From Pontiella sp. (GTDB lineage: Bacteria > Verrucomicrobiota > Kiritimatiellia > Kiritimatiellales > Pontiellaceae), in contig JBNKHE010000001.1 of NCBI GenBank assembly GCA_050290185.1, positions 418,713 to 482,712 on the forward strand: a stretch of DNA of 64,000 nucleotides, in the 5' to 3' direction. This document shows positions 31,976-41,978 of this stretch, one piece after another. Numbering within the stretch: position 1 is the stretch's first letter; each line of letters starts with the position of its first letter. Position numbers and translations under genes: made by a program. The notes under the pieces were generated by a model, which was given only the letters and a program-made list of their open reading frames with translations, did no database searches and was not told the DNA's origin.

Positions 31976-32308
31976 ATGTCTAAATTACTCGTACGCTCGA
32001 TCGTCCGCCCTGAAAAGGCCGACGCTGTTATGAAATCCCTCCTCGAAGCGGGTTACCCCGCTATCACGAAGGTGCCCGTCTTCGGACGCGGCAAGCAACG
32101 CGGCCTGAAGGTCGGCGAAGTCACCTACGACGAGCTGCCCAAGGAAATGCTGATGACCGTTATCCCGACAGCCGACAAAGAATTTGTCGTCAAGACGGTG
32201 CTGGGCACTGCCAAGACCAGCGAAACCGGCAACTTCGGCGACGGCAAGATCTTTATCTCTCCCGTCGACGAGGTCTACACAATCAGCTCCGGCATTAAGG
32301 AAGACTAA
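31976..32308 (+). CDS. nifI1: PII-like nitrogenase regulator NifI1
   Basis: GRGKQRG...YDELPK, GDGKIF; between nifH and nifD. Confidence 0.9.
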   Translation: MSKLLVRSIVRPEKADAVMKSLLEAGYPAITKVPVFGRGKQRGLKVGEVTYDELPKEMLMTVIPTADKEFVVKTVLGTAKTSETGNFGDGKIFISPVDEVYTISSGIKED

Positions 32309-32311
32309 CCT

Positions 32312-32403
32312 ATTGGCGATTGATGATTGATGATTGTCGATTGAATGGCCCGCGGATGAAACCCAGCCAACAAATCGGTAATCGGAAATCTAAAATCGGC
32401 AAT
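32312..32403. repeat. 7-nt-period (GATTG/AATC) palindromic element
   Basis: ATTGGCGATTGATGATTGATGATTGTCGATTG...AAATCGGTAATCGGAAATCTAAAATCGGCAAT. Confidence 0.7.
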
Positions 32404-32422
32404 TCATCCCAAGGGAAGAATC

Positions 32423-32833
32423 ATGAAAGAAGTAATGGCCGTAATACGGATGAACAAGATCAACGACACCAAGAGGGCGTTGAATGAAGCGGGCATCAGC
32501 TCCTTCACGGCGACCGGGCGTGTCCAGGGTCGCGGGAAAGGGTTGGTGGACTACCGGATTCTTCACGGTGCCGAAGAAGGGGCGCCCGAAGCGATCGAGC
32601 AGTTGGGCGAAGGTCCGCGCCTCGTTCCCAAGCGTCTGATCACCGTCGTGGTGTCAGACGACTGGGTCGAGAAGACCGTCGACACCATCATCAAGACCAA
32701 CCAGACCGGCAGCTCGGGCGATGGAAAGATTTTCGTCCTGCCGATTATGGAAGCAACCCGCGTTAGAACAGGCGAAACCGTCGAAGGCCCCTCCGGCGGA
32801 ACCGTCCTAGACTCCTCAGGAGGTTTAGTATGA
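32423..32833 (+). CDS. nifI2: PII-like nitrogenase regulator NifI2
   Basis: MKEVMAVIRMNKIN.TK, GRGKG, GDGKIFV, RVRTGE. Confidence 0.9.
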   Translation: MKEVMAVIRMNKINDTKRALNEAGISSFTATGRVQGRGKGLVDYRILHGAEEGAPEAIEQLGEGPRLVPKRLITVVVSDDWVEKTVDTIIKTNQTGSSGDGKIFVLPIMEATRVRTGETVEGPSGGTVLDSSGGLV

Positions 32834-34470
32834 GCGAAGAAAGAAAACTGCCGGATCCTTCTGCACTGAAGGAAGAAATCCTTGCCAAGTATCCGCCGAA
32901 GATTGCGCGCAAACGTGCGAAATCGATGGTGATCAACGACACCAAGCTGGATCAGGAAATCCAGTCCAACGTCCGCACGATTCCGGGCATCATCACTCAG
33001 CGCGGCTGCACCTACGCCGGCTGCAAAGGGGTGGTACTCGGTCCGACGCGCGACATTATCAACCTCGTGCACGGACCGATCGGTTGCAGCTTTTATGCCT
33101 GGCTGACGCGCCGCAACCAGACCGATCCCGGTCCGGATGGGCCCGATGGCGAAAACTTCATCAACTACTGCTTCTCCACCGACATGCAGGACGACAACAT
33201 CGTTTTCGGCGGCGAGAAGAAGCTGAAGGAAGCAATCCAGGAAGCGTACGACATCTTCAAACCCAAGGCCATCGGCGTGTTCTCCACCTGCCCCGTCGGC
33301 CTGATCGGTGACGATGTGCATGCGGTCTCCCGCGAGATGAAGGAAAAACTTGGCGACTGCAACGTGTTTGGCTTCAGCTGCGAAGGCTACAAGGGTGTTT
33401 CGCAGTCCGCCGGACATCACATCGCGAACAACCAGTTGTTCAAGCATGTGGTGGGTCTGGACGACACCAAACCGGAAGGCAAGTTCAACATCAACCTGCT
33501 GGGCGAATACAACATTGGCGGCGACGGCTTCGAGATCGACCGCATCTTCAAGGCCTGCGGCATCAACGTGGTCTGCACCTTCTCGGGCAACTCCACCATG
33601 GGCGCGTTCGAACAGTCGCACATGGCCGACCTGAATCTGGTGATGTGCCATCGTTCGATCAACTACATGGCCGAGATGCTCGAAACCAAGTTCGGCATTC
33701 CGTGGATGAAGGTCAACTTCATCGGTGGAGAGTCGACGGCCAAGGCATTGCGCAAGATTGGCGAATATTTCGAGGACGAAGAGCTGAAGGCAAAAATCGA
33801 GGAGGTGATTGCCGCCGAGCTGCCTGCCGTCAAGAAACGTGCAGAGGAAGCACGCAAGCGCACGGCCGGCAAGCTGGCCATGCTCTTCGTGGGTGGCTCC
33901 CGGGCGCATCATTACCAGGAACTCTTCAAGGAATTGGACATGGAAACCGTGTCCGCCGGCTATGAGTTCGGTCATCGCGATGACTACGAAGGCCGCAAAG
34001 TGCTGCCGACGATCAAGGTCGATGCCGACAGCCGGAACATCGAGGAGCTCAAGGTTGTTGCCGATCCCGAACGCTTCAACCCGCGTGCGTCCGACATCAA
34101 ACTCGAAACGCTGCAGGCCAAAGGACTCGAGGTCAGCGACTACAAGGGAATGAAGACCGACATGGCCGACAACTCCCTGATCGTCGACGACATCACACAC
34201 TGGGAAACCGAGAAGCTGGTCGAGTTCTACAAGCCCGACATCTTCTGCGCCGGCATCAAGGAAAAGTATGTGGTCCAGAAGTCCGGCATCCCGTTGAAGC
34301 AGCTGCACTCGTACGACTACGGCGGACCGTACGCCGGGTTCGTGGGTGCGATCAACTTCTACACCGACATCGAGACCATGCTCAGCACCTCGATCTGGAA
34401 GAAGCTGAAAGCTCCGTGGCTGAACAAAACGGATATGGATCCCTGCATCTGCGCGGAATATGTAGCCTAG
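32830..34470 (+). CDS. nifD: Nitrogenase MoFe protein alpha chain (long, group II-type)
   Basis: RGCTYAG, GPIGC, STCP, CHRS, LHSYDY; internal insertion typical of clostridial-type NifD. Confidence 0.96.
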   Translation: MSEERKLPDPSALKEEILAKYPPKIARKRAKSMVINDTKLDQEIQSNVRTIPGIITQRGCTYAGCKGVVLGPTRDIINLVHGPIGCSFYAWLTRRNQTDPGPDGPDGENFINYCFSTDMQDDNIVFGGEKKLKEAIQEAYDIFKPKAIGVFSTCPVGLIGDDVHAVSREMKEKLGDCNVFGFSCEGYKGVSQSAGHHIANNQLFKHVVGLDDTKPEGKFNINLLGEYNIGGDGFEIDRIFKACGINVVCTFSGNSTMGAFEQSHMADLNLVMCHRSINYMAEMLETKFGIPWMKVNFIGGESTAKALRKIGEYFEDEELKAKIEEVIAAELPAVKKRAEEARKRTAGKLAMLFVGGSRAHHYQELFKELDMETVSAGYEFGHRDDYEGRKVLPTIKVDADSRNIEELKVVADPERFNPRASDIKLETLQAKGLEVSDYKGMKTDMADNSLIVDDITHWETEKLVEFYKPDIFCAGIKEKYVVQKSGIPLKQLHSYDYGGPYAGFVGAINFYTDIETMLSTSIWKKLKAPWLNKTDMDPCICAEYVA

Positions 34471-34485
34471 TAAAGGAGAAGAAAA

Positions 34486-35868
34486 ATGCTCTTAAGACAT
34501 ACACCAAAAGAAATCAAGGAACGCAAGGCGTTAACCATCAACCCGGCGAAAACCTGCCAGCCGGTCGGTGCCATGTATGCCGCTCTCGGCGTGCACGGCT
34601 GCCTGCCGCACTCGCACGGATCACAGGGTTGCTGCTCCTATCACCGCAGTGTGCTGACCCGCCACTACAAGGATCCGATCATGGCCGGCACCAGCTCCTT
34701 CACGGAAGGTTCTTCGGTCTTCGGCGGACAAGCCAACCTGTTGCAGGCCATTGCCAACATGTTCACGATCTATGATCCGGACCTGATCGCAATCCACTCC
34801 ACCTGCCTGTCGGAAACCATTGGTGACGATCTTAACCAGATCGCGCAGAAGGCGGTCGACGACGGTAAGGTGCCGGAAGGTAAGAAGATCATCTTCTGCA
34901 ATACGCCGAGCTATGTCGGGTCGCACGTCACCGGCTTCGCCAACATGTGCACCGGCATCGTGAAGGGCCTGGCGGAACATACCGGCGTCGCAAAGGATCA
35001 GGTCAATATCCTGCCCGGCTGGGTTGAACCGTCCGACATGCGTGAAATCAAGCGCATCGCCGCCGAAATGGCAGCCAGCATCGTCCTGTTCCCCGACACC
35101 TCCGACGTGGTTGACACGCCGCAGACCGGCGAGTTCAAGATGTATCCCGATGGCGGTGCCACCGTGGAGCAGATCGCCTCGTCCGGCGACAGCATCAAGA
35201 CGCTGGCACTCGGATCTTGGGCTTCTGAAGATGCGGCCAAGCTGCTCGACAGCAAGTTCAAGGTGCCCTACGAAGTGCTCGATCTTCCGATCGGCCTCTC
35301 CGCCACCGACCGATTCGTCGAAGCATTAAGCAATGCGGCAAAGGTTCCGGTTCCGGCATCGTTCATTGCCGAACGCGGCCGCCTGGTGGATGTGATCGCC
35401 GACATGTCGCAGTATCTCTACGGCAAGAAAGTCGCGCTTTACGGCGACCCCGACCAGCTCATCCCGCTGACCGAGTTCCTGCTCGACCTCGACATGATCC
35501 CGACGCACATCGTATCCGGCACGCCCGGTAAAAAGTTCACGGCGAAGATCAAGGAGCTGTGCGCCGAAAAGGCGCCGAACGTCAACGTGAAGAACGGCCC
35601 GCAGGCCGATATCTTCCAGCTGCACCAGTGGATGAAGAATGAGCCGGTCGACCTGCTCATCGGAAACACCTATGGCAAATACATCTCGCGCGACGAAGAC
35701 GTACCGTTTGTCCGGTACGGCTTCCCGATTCTTGATCGTATCGGCCACAGCTACTTCCCGTCCGTCGGTTATACCGGCGGCATCCGTCTGCTCGAAAAAA
35801 TCCTCGGCGCCATCATGGACAAGATTGACCGCGATGCCGACGAAACCAAGTTCGAGCTCGTGATGTAG
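34486..35868 (+). CDS. nifK: Nitrogenase MoFe protein beta chain
   Basis: NPAKTCQP, HGSQGCC, TCLSETIGDD, GFPILDR. Confidence 0.96.
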   Translation: MLLRHTPKEIKERKALTINPAKTCQPVGAMYAALGVHGCLPHSHGSQGCCSYHRSVLTRHYKDPIMAGTSSFTEGSSVFGGQANLLQAIANMFTIYDPDLIAIHSTCLSETIGDDLNQIAQKAVDDGKVPEGKKIIFCNTPSYVGSHVTGFANMCTGIVKGLAEHTGVAKDQVNILPGWVEPSDMREIKRIAAEMAASIVLFPDTSDVVDTPQTGEFKMYPDGGATVEQIASSGDSIKTLALGSWASEDAAKLLDSKFKVPYEVLDLPIGLSATDRFVEALSNAAKVPVPASFIAERGRLVDVIADMSQYLYGKKVALYGDPDQLIPLTEFLLDLDMIPTHIVSGTPGKKFTAKIKELCAEKAPNVNVKNGPQADIFQLHQWMKNEPVDLLIGNTYGKYISRDEDVPFVRYGFPILDRIGHSYFPSVGYTGGIRLLEKILGAIMDKIDRDADETKFELVM

Positions 35869-35872
35869 TACT

Positions 35873-36004
35873 CTTCATCCCCGCCTGTTCCGGAGGCGGG
35901 GATGAATCACTTTGGAACCGGAGTGCGGGAAATAGGGCATCACCTCATAACAGAAATCTCTCTCCTCCTCTGTTTGCACGCCCGCGCTCCGGTTTCATTT
36001 TTTT
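35873..36004 (+). terminator. Two stem-loops after nifK, the second followed by a T-run
   Basis: TTCATCCCCGCCT/AGGCGGGGATGAA; GAACCGGAGTGCGGG/CCCGCGCTCCGGTTTC + TTTTTTT. Confidence 0.65.
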
Positions 36005-36005
36005 G

Positions 36006-36057
36006 TGGAGGGATAGCGTCCTCGCTGTCCGTGGACGACGGGGACGGCGTCCCTCCA
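36006..36057. repeat. REP-like doublet palindrome
   Basis: TGGAGGGATAGCGTCCTCGCTGTCC-GT-GGACGACGGGGACGGCGTCCCTCCA. Confidence 0.7.
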
Positions 36058-36104
36058 GGAAAAAAGCAACACCACGTATGAAAACAATAAATTAGGAGCC
36101 AACC

Positions 36105-36506
36105 ATGACCGCATCATCCGGCACCAACTACACCGCCTTCATGAACGAAGGCGATAAATATCTCAAGACCGCGCGCGGCGGCGTCAACCGTCCGACTGTC
36201 TTTACCTCCGAAATCCTCTACAACATCATTGGCCTCGCCATCGAAAAACACGTCATGGGCGCACTCATGGCCAAAGGAAAACTGGCCGACAACCACACCT
36301 TCACCGATCTCATCGACGCCGCGAACCAGGTTGGAGGAATCGATGATTCCATCGCCGTCCAGCTGCGCAAGTTCGAATCCTACCAGAACATCTGCCCCGT
36401 CTTCGCCGGCTACCACCGCACCGAACCGCCTGCCGACGCCATTCCCGAAATGATTGAAACCGCCGAGGCCGTCCAATCCTGGGCCGAAAAAATAATCGCC
36501 GCGTAA
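36105..36506 (+). CDS. Hypothetical protein, HEPN-like helical pattern
   Basis: RBS AGGAG, host-like codon bias; AIEK..MG.L...NHT..DL pattern. Confidence 0.7.
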   Translation: MTASSGTNYTAFMNEGDKYLKTARGGVNRPTVFTSEILYNIIGLAIEKHVMGALMAKGKLADNHTFTDLIDAANQVGGIDDSIAVQLRKFESYQNICPVFAGYHRTEPPADAIPEMIETAEAVQSWAEKIIAA

Positions 36507-36518
36507 AATGAAATCCAA

Positions 36519-36577
36519 TTCACCACTCGCTTCGCTAGAGAGCACAGAGGGTGTTCCTCGGTGTCCTCTGTGGTGAA
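36519..36577. repeat. CACAGAG-type palindromic element
   Basis: TTCACCAC...CTAGAGAGCACAGAG...CTCGGTGTCCTCTGTGGTGAA. Confidence 0.65.
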
Positions 36578-36632
36578 AATGAATTTCTGAGCACTTTGCG
36601 TATTTTGTGGTTATCAAATTAATGGAGAAGAA

Positions 36633-36932
36633 ATGTCAGAAGCAAAACCACTCGGAAAAATAACCGCCATCCTGGCCGACCTCGGCCTCGAAGTCACCTA
36701 CGCCTACGACGACCTCGTCTTCGTCCAGCATAGCGCCTTCCTGCTGCAATTTACCGACAAGCCGAATACACTCAAACTCTTCACCAACTCGGAGTGCGAG
36801 CCCCAGGAAGCCAACGCCGTCGCCTCCAACATCGTCCTCTCATTCCACGAGGGCGGTTTCGTCGCCACCCCCTCCGGTAAGTACACCCTCTCTCAAACCG
36901 AAAATGAAACCCTCCAGCTCGAGTTCGCATAG
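36633..36932 (+). CDS. Hypothetical protein (99 aa, acidic)
   Basis: RBS GGAG, host-like codon bias. Confidence 0.72.
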   Translation: MSEAKPLGKITAILADLGLEVTYAYDDLVFVQHSAFLLQFTDKPNTLKLFTNSECEPQEANAVASNIVLSFHEGGFVATPSGKYTLSQTENETLQLEFA

Positions 36933-37037
36933 ACAATCCAGCAATTGACTGGTGCAAATCCGTTTGATCAGTTTGATCCGACGGATTTTTTGCATTCAGG
37001 TTCAACTGCTACATTTCTTTCCTCCTCATTCTTCAGT

Positions 37038-37136
37038 GGAAATAAACGTCGGAATTCCGCGCAAGTGCTTGTTCTTAGATGGGTTGTAGCCCCCCCCGCC
37101 CTTCCGCCAAACCGCTACCGACAATTATTTCCGAAC
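37038..37136. promoter_or_regulatory. Putative activator (UAS) pair upstream of nifE
   Basis: GGAAATAAACGTCGG at 37038 and CCGACAATTATTTCCGAAC at 37118. Confidence 0.65.
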
Positions 37137-37236
37137 AAACCCCTGCTATCACGACTCACACTTCACGGCTTACGCCATCCCTTAGCACCTAACAATACGA
37201 TACTTAGAACTCCATTGCTCCTGCACGGCGCGGCAC

Positions 37237-37252
37237 TGGCACACCTGTTGCA
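37237..37252 (+). promoter_or_regulatory. Sigma-54 promoter of nifE
   Basis: TGGCAC-ACCTG-TTGCA. Confidence 0.85.
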
Positions 37253-37282
37253 ATAGGGGTTTGCATTAATTGGGATACCAAA

Positions 37283-38644
37283 ATGGCAAACGAAACGATC
37301 AACCTACTTGAAAAGCGCAAACGCCAGGTCCACGAGGGCGGCGAGTTTGCGATGGAGGCGGAGAAGCAGAGCCTCGCCGGATCGGTTAGCCAGCGTTCGT
37401 GCAGCTTCTGTGGATCGCGCGTCGTGCTCTACCCGATCGCCGATGCAATCCATCTGGTCCACGGCCCGATCGGTTGCGCCTCCTACACCTGGGACATCCG
37501 CGGATCGCTCTCCTCCGGACCCGAGCTGCACCGCCTGAGCTTCTCGACCGACATGATCGAGAAGGACGTCATCTACGGCGGCGAAAGCAAACTCTACCAC
37601 GCGCTGATCGAACTGATCGACGAGTACAAGCCGAAGGCCGCCTTCATCTACTCCACCTGCATCGTCGGCGTGATCGGCGACGACGTGGTGGCCATTTGCA
37701 AGAAGGTCGAAAAAGAAAAAGGTATCCCGGTCATCGCGGTCGATTCCGAAGGCTTCAAGGGCTCGAAGAAGGAAGGCTACAAGGCCGCCTGCGACGCCCT
37801 CTTCAGCATGGTCGGAAAGGACGACGTGAAGGAGAAAGTGCCGAACTCGATCAACATCCTGGGCGACTTCAACCTGGCCGGCGAGCTCTGGATCATCAAG
37901 GACTACTACGAACGCATGGGCGTGAGCGTCGTCTGCTCCGTTTCGGGCGACGGCCGCGTGGACGACATCCGCAAGGCGCACCGCGCCCAGCTCAACATTG
38001 TCCAGTGCTCCGGCTCGGTCAGCAACCTGGCCAAGATGCTGGAGCACGAATACGGCACGCCGATGATGCGCGCCTCCTACTTCGGCATCGAGGACATGTC
38101 GAAAGCCCTTTACGATGTCGCCGACTTTTTCGACGACGACGAAATGCGCGCCGCGGCGCAGCGCGTGATCAAGGAAGAAGTAGCCAAGCTAATGCCTCTG
38201 CTGGCGCCCTACCGGAAGGATCTGAAAGGGAAAAAGGCCGCGGTGTATACCGGCGGCGCCTTCAAGGTCTTTTCACTGGTCCGCTCGCTGCGCACGCTCG
38301 GCATGAGCGTGGTGGTGGCCGGATCACAGACCGGGTCGGTGGACGACTACAAGTTGCTCACCGAACTCTGCGATCCGGGCACCGTCATCATCGACGACAC
38401 CAATCCGCTCGAACTCGCCAAGTTCATCAAGGAAAAGGACGTCGACCTCTTCATCGGCGGCGTCAAGGAACGCCCGATCGCCTTCAAGCTGGGCGTCGGC
38501 TTCTGCGACCACAACCACGAACGCAAGGAAGCGCTGGCCGGCTTCATCGGCATGCTCAACTTTGCAAAGGAAGTCCACGCGTCGGTCATGAGCCCGGTCT
38601 GGCAGTTCGCGCCGCGTCGCGAGCGGAAAGGAATGAAGTCATGA
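37283..38644 (+). CDS. nifE: FeMo-co scaffold NifE
   Basis: CSFCG, HGPIGCA, STCI..IGDD, VQCS, NHER. Confidence 0.93.
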   Translation: MANETINLLEKRKRQVHEGGEFAMEAEKQSLAGSVSQRSCSFCGSRVVLYPIADAIHLVHGPIGCASYTWDIRGSLSSGPELHRLSFSTDMIEKDVIYGGESKLYHALIELIDEYKPKAAFIYSTCIVGVIGDDVVAICKKVEKEKGIPVIAVDSEGFKGSKKEGYKAACDALFSMVGKDDVKEKVPNSINILGDFNLAGELWIIKDYYERMGVSVVCSVSGDGRVDDIRKAHRAQLNIVQCSGSVSNLAKMLEHEYGTPMMRASYFGIEDMSKALYDVADFFDDDEMRAAAQRVIKEEVAKLMPLLAPYRKDLKGKKAAVYTGGAFKVFSLVRSLRTLGMSVVVAGSQTGSVDDYKLLTELCDPGTVIIDDTNPLELAKFIKEKDVDLFIGGVKERPIAFKLGVGFCDHNHERKEALAGFIGMLNFAKEVHASVMSPVWQFAPRRERKGMKS

Positions 38645-40185
38645 GCTCCTGCAATTGCGGAAACACCTGCGGTCCCGCCAGTGGCTGCACGGACGTCGAC
38701 AAGGCCAAATGCGGCTGTGAAAGCCCATCGGCGACTGAGATCCACAAATCGGCAATCGGCACGCGAAGCGAGGCTGGAGCCTGCGACAGCAACGAAACGA
38801 AGTGTAGTGGCCATCCAAAATCGGCAATGCCTTTGACCGGAAAACACTTCACTGCCACCCGCAACGCCTGCAAGCTTTGCGCCCCGCTCGGAGCCAGCCT
38901 TGCGTTCCGTGGAATCGAAGGCTGCCTCCCTTTCCTCCACGGTTCGCAGGGGTGCGCCACCTACATCCGCCGCTACCTCATCAGCCACTACCGCGAGCCG
39001 ATGGATATCGCCTCGTCGAGCTTCGGCGAAGACAGCGTGGTCTTCGGCGGGCGGCGCAACCTCTTCGACGGACTCAAGCACGTGATCGAAGGCTACAACC
39101 CGAAGGTCATCGGCATCGCCACCACCTGTCTGGCGGAAACCATCGGCGACGACGTACACATGTACGTGAAGGAATTCATCTCCGAAAACCGCAAGACCAT
39201 GGCCCTGCCCTACCTCCTTCACGTTTCGACCCCGAGCTATTCGGGCAGCCACGCCGACGGATACCAGTGGGCCGTGCGCGCCATCGTCGACCAGCTGGCC
39301 GTCGACGGTCCCAACGAAAAATTCATCGGCGTGCTGCCCGGCATGGTATCGCCCGCCGACCTGCGCCACCTGCGCGAAGTCATGACCGACTTCGGCATGC
39401 CGTTCTCCATCGTCCCCGACTATTCCGACCCGCTCGACGGCCCCGTTTGGGACGACTACCACCGCATCCCGTTCGGCGGCACGCCGGTTAGCGAAATCAG
39501 CAAGCTCGGCCGCGCCGCCGCCGTCATCGAACTGGCCTCGACCATCTTGGAAAAACAGTCCGCCGCCACGTTGCTCGACCAGCGTTTCTCCACCGCCGTC
39601 TTCCGCGTCGGCCTGCCGATCGGCATCCGCCAGTCGGACGCCTTCTTCAAGGTACTCGAACAGATCACCGGACGTCCGACCCCCGAAAAGCACGCCGCCG
39701 AGCGCGGCCGCCTGATCGACGCCTACGTCGACGGCCACAAATACACCTTCGGCAAGAAGGTGGTGATCTTCGGCGAAGAGGATTTCGTGGTCGGCATGGC
39801 CGCCTTCGCCGCCGAAATCGGGCTCAAGCCCGTGCTGTGCGCTTCCGGCGGCAAGAGCGGCAAGCTCAAGGAATGCGTCCTGGCCGCCGCGCCGGAAATC
39901 GATCCGGAAACCCCCATTCTCGAAGATGTTGATTTCGCCGAAATCGGCGAAGCCGTAAAGCAATTGCATCCCGATCTCCTCATCGGGAACAGCAAGGGCT
40001 TCTCCCTCAGCCGCGCCGCCGGCACCCCGCTGATCCGGGTCGGGTTCCCCATCCATGACCGGATCAGCGGGTCTCGCTCCCTCCATCTGGGATACCGCGG
40101 CGCGCAACGGCTTTTCGACACGATTGTGGACAAGCTTATGGAAATCAAACAGGACAGCAACGACATCGGATACACGTATATTTGA
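38641..40185 (+). CDS. nifN: FeMo-co scaffold NifN (with possible Cys-rich N-terminal extension)
   Basis: NACKLCAPLG, HGSQGCATY, TCLAETIGDD, GFPIHDR; ATG 38641 overlaps the nifE stop (ATGA); alternative start 38827-38829 region. Confidence 0.9.
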   Translation: MSSCNCGNTCGPASGCTDVDKAKCGCESPSATEIHKSAIGTRSEAGACDSNETKCSGHPKSAMPLTGKHFTATRNACKLCAPLGASLAFRGIEGCLPFLHGSQGCATYIRRYLISHYREPMDIASSSFGEDSVVFGGRRNLFDGLKHVIEGYNPKVIGIATTCLAETIGDDVHMYVKEFISENRKTMALPYLLHVSTPSYSGSHADGYQWAVRAIVDQLAVDGPNEKFIGVLPGMVSPADLRHLREVMTDFGMPFSIVPDYSDPLDGPVWDDYHRIPFGGTPVSEISKLGRAAAVIELASTILEKQSAATLLDQRFSTAVFRVGLPIGIRQSDAFFKVLEQITGRPTPEKHAAERGRLIDAYVDGHKYTFGKKVVIFGEEDFVVGMAAFAAEIGLKPVLCASGGKSGKLKECVLAAAPEIDPETPILEDVDFAEIGEAVKQLHPDLLIGNSKGFSLSRAAGTPLIRVGFPIHDRISGSRSLHLGYRGAQRLFDTIVDKLMEIKQDSNDIGYTYI

Positions 40186-40241
40186 CGAGTGAAACGTGAG
40201 GCGTGATTTCCCTTCACGACTCAATCGGCACTCATCACGAA
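40183..40241. repeat. 7-nt-period palindromic element overlapping the nifN stop
   Basis: TGACGAGTGAAACGTGAGGCGTGA...TCACGACTCAATCGGCACTCATCACG. Confidence 0.7.
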
Positions 40242-40257
40242 ACAACGGAGAAAAACA

Positions 40258-41517
40258 ATGGCTTTAGACCTAACCAAACACCCCTGCTTCAACCCCGATG
40301 TCAAAGGCAAGTATGGCCGCGTGCATGTACCGGTGGCTCCGAAGTGCAACATCCAGTGCGGCTACTGCAACCGCAAGTATGATTGCGTGAACGAAAGCCG
40401 TCCTGGCGTCACCAGCAACGTGCTGTCCCCCGGACAGGCGGCCTACTATGTTTCGCAGCTCGTCGACATGAAGAAGCCGATCTCCGTTGTCGGCATCGCC
40501 GGCCCGGGCGACCCCTTCGCCAATCCGGAAGAGACCATGGAAACGCTGCGGCTCATCCGCAAGCGCCATCCCGACATGCTGTTGTGCGTCTCCACCAACG
40601 GCCTCGGCGTCGGCCCATACATCCCCGAGCTGGCCGAACTGAAAGTCAGCCACATCACGATCACGTTCAACGCCATCGATCCGGAAGTCGGCAAGAACAT
40701 CTACCCATGGATCCGCGACGGCAAGAAGCCGCTGCGCGGACTCGAAGGTGCGGAACTCCTGTTGCAGCGCCAGATCCAGGCCATGAAATCCATCAAGGCT
40801 CACGGCCTGACGCTCAAGGTCAACACCATCCTGATCCCCGGCGTGAATGATCATCATATCGGCGACGTCGCCGAATTCGTGAAGGCCGAAGGCGCCGACC
40901 TGCACAACATTATTCCGATGTGCCCCGTGGAAGGCACCCTATTCGAGAATCTGGAGGAGCCGACGCCCGCGATGATCCACGCCGCCCGCGAACTCGCGGG
41001 CGCCCACCTGCCGCAAATGACCCACTGCCAGCGCTGCCGTGCCGATGCGTGCGGCCTGCTGGCCGAGGGCACCACCCAGGAAACCTTGGAAATGATTCAG
41101 GACGCCGCCAACGCCCCCATCACGCCCGACGAAAACCGTCCCTACGTCGCCGTTGCCACCCGCGAAGGCATACTGGTGAACGAGCATCTCGGGGCAGCCG
41201 AAACCCTCACCATCTTTGCCGAACAGGACGGTGACTTTGCCGAAATCGAAACACGCATCACCCCCTATCCCGGCGGCGGAGACGAACGCTGGAGCAAGCT
41301 GGCCGAGCTCACCTCCGACTGCAAGGCCCTGCTGGTGTCCGGCGTCGGCCCCAGGCCCACGCGCATCCTCGAAAAGTCGGGACTGAAAGTCATTGTGATG
41401 GAAGGTTTGATCGACGAAGCACTTGTCAAAATCCAGTCCGGCCAGGAAATCCGCTCGCCCATCCGCAAGACCAAGTGCGGCGACAAATGCTCCGGAAGCG
41501 GATCAGGCTGCGGATAA
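40258..41517 (+). CDS. nifB: Radical SAM NifB with C-terminal NifX-like domain
   Basis: HPC, CNIQCGYC, ESRPG, AGPGD, CQRCRADA; VNEHLG. Confidence 0.96.
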   Translation: MALDLTKHPCFNPDVKGKYGRVHVPVAPKCNIQCGYCNRKYDCVNESRPGVTSNVLSPGQAAYYVSQLVDMKKPISVVGIAGPGDPFANPEETMETLRLIRKRHPDMLLCVSTNGLGVGPYIPELAELKVSHITITFNAIDPEVGKNIYPWIRDGKKPLRGLEGAELLLQRQIQAMKSIKAHGLTLKVNTILIPGVNDHHIGDVAEFVKAEGADLHNIIPMCPVEGTLFENLEEPTPAMIHAARELAGAHLPQMTHCQRCRADACGLLAEGTTQETLEMIQDAANAPITPDENRPYVAVATREGILVNEHLGAAETLTIFAEQDGDFAEIETRITPYPGGGDERWSKLAELTSDCKALLVSGVGPRPTRILEKSGLKVIVMEGLIDEALVKIQSGQEIRSPIRKTKCGDKCSGSGSGCG

Positions 41518-41527
41518 AGAGATATCA

Positions 41528-41603
41528 AACGCAAAGGCGCAAAGCACACGAAGTTTCGCAAAGGAACCTCTGCGTAGCTTAGCGAACTTAGCGCCTTTGC
41601 GTT
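41528..41603. repeat. CGCAAAG-type short-period palindromic element
   Basis: Perfect 13-bp terminal inverted repeat AACGCAAAGGCGC/GCGCCTTTGCGTT with internal 8-10 nt units. Confidence 0.75.
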
Positions 41604-41637
41604 AAATAAAATCAACAAACAACCAAGGGAAAACAAC

Positions 41638-41946
41638 ATGGCAATAGCAAAACCGGAAATGCACTTCTTCATCTGCAACTCGTACCGTGTGAGCGGACAG
41701 GCGCAGGGCGTATGCAACAGCAAGGAGGGCGGCGACCTGCTGGCCTATCTCGAAACCGAAATCCTCGACCGCGGCCTCGACGCCCAGGTGTCCGGCTGCG
41801 GCTGCCTGAAGGTCTGCACGGAAGGGCCCGTCATGGTCGTCTATCCGGAAGGAAAATGGTTCGGACAAGTCGACGAGGAAAAGGTCGACTCCATCCTCGA
41901 TGCCATCGAGGACGGAGGGGATACCAGCGAGTATGAACTCGACTAG
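41638..41946 (+). CDS. Thioredoxin-like [2Fe-2S] ferredoxin (nif-associated)
   Basis: HFFIC...C...GCLKVC..GP.MVVYPEG. Confidence 0.9.
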   Translation: MAIAKPEMHFFICNSYRVSGQAQGVCNSKEGGDLLAYLETEILDRGLDAQVSGCGCLKVCTEGPVMVVYPEGKWFGQVDEEKVDSILDAIEDGGDTSEYELD

Positions 41947-41978
41947 ACATCCATAAATATCCGTCGGGACCTCACGAT

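Noticed and set aside
37399..40185. 928-aa ORF suggesting a giant NifN or a NifE-NifN frameshift fusion
   Set aside because: The first ~414 codons are an Arg/Pro-rich alternative frame of nifE; nifE is intact and ends in an ATGA overlap with the nifN start
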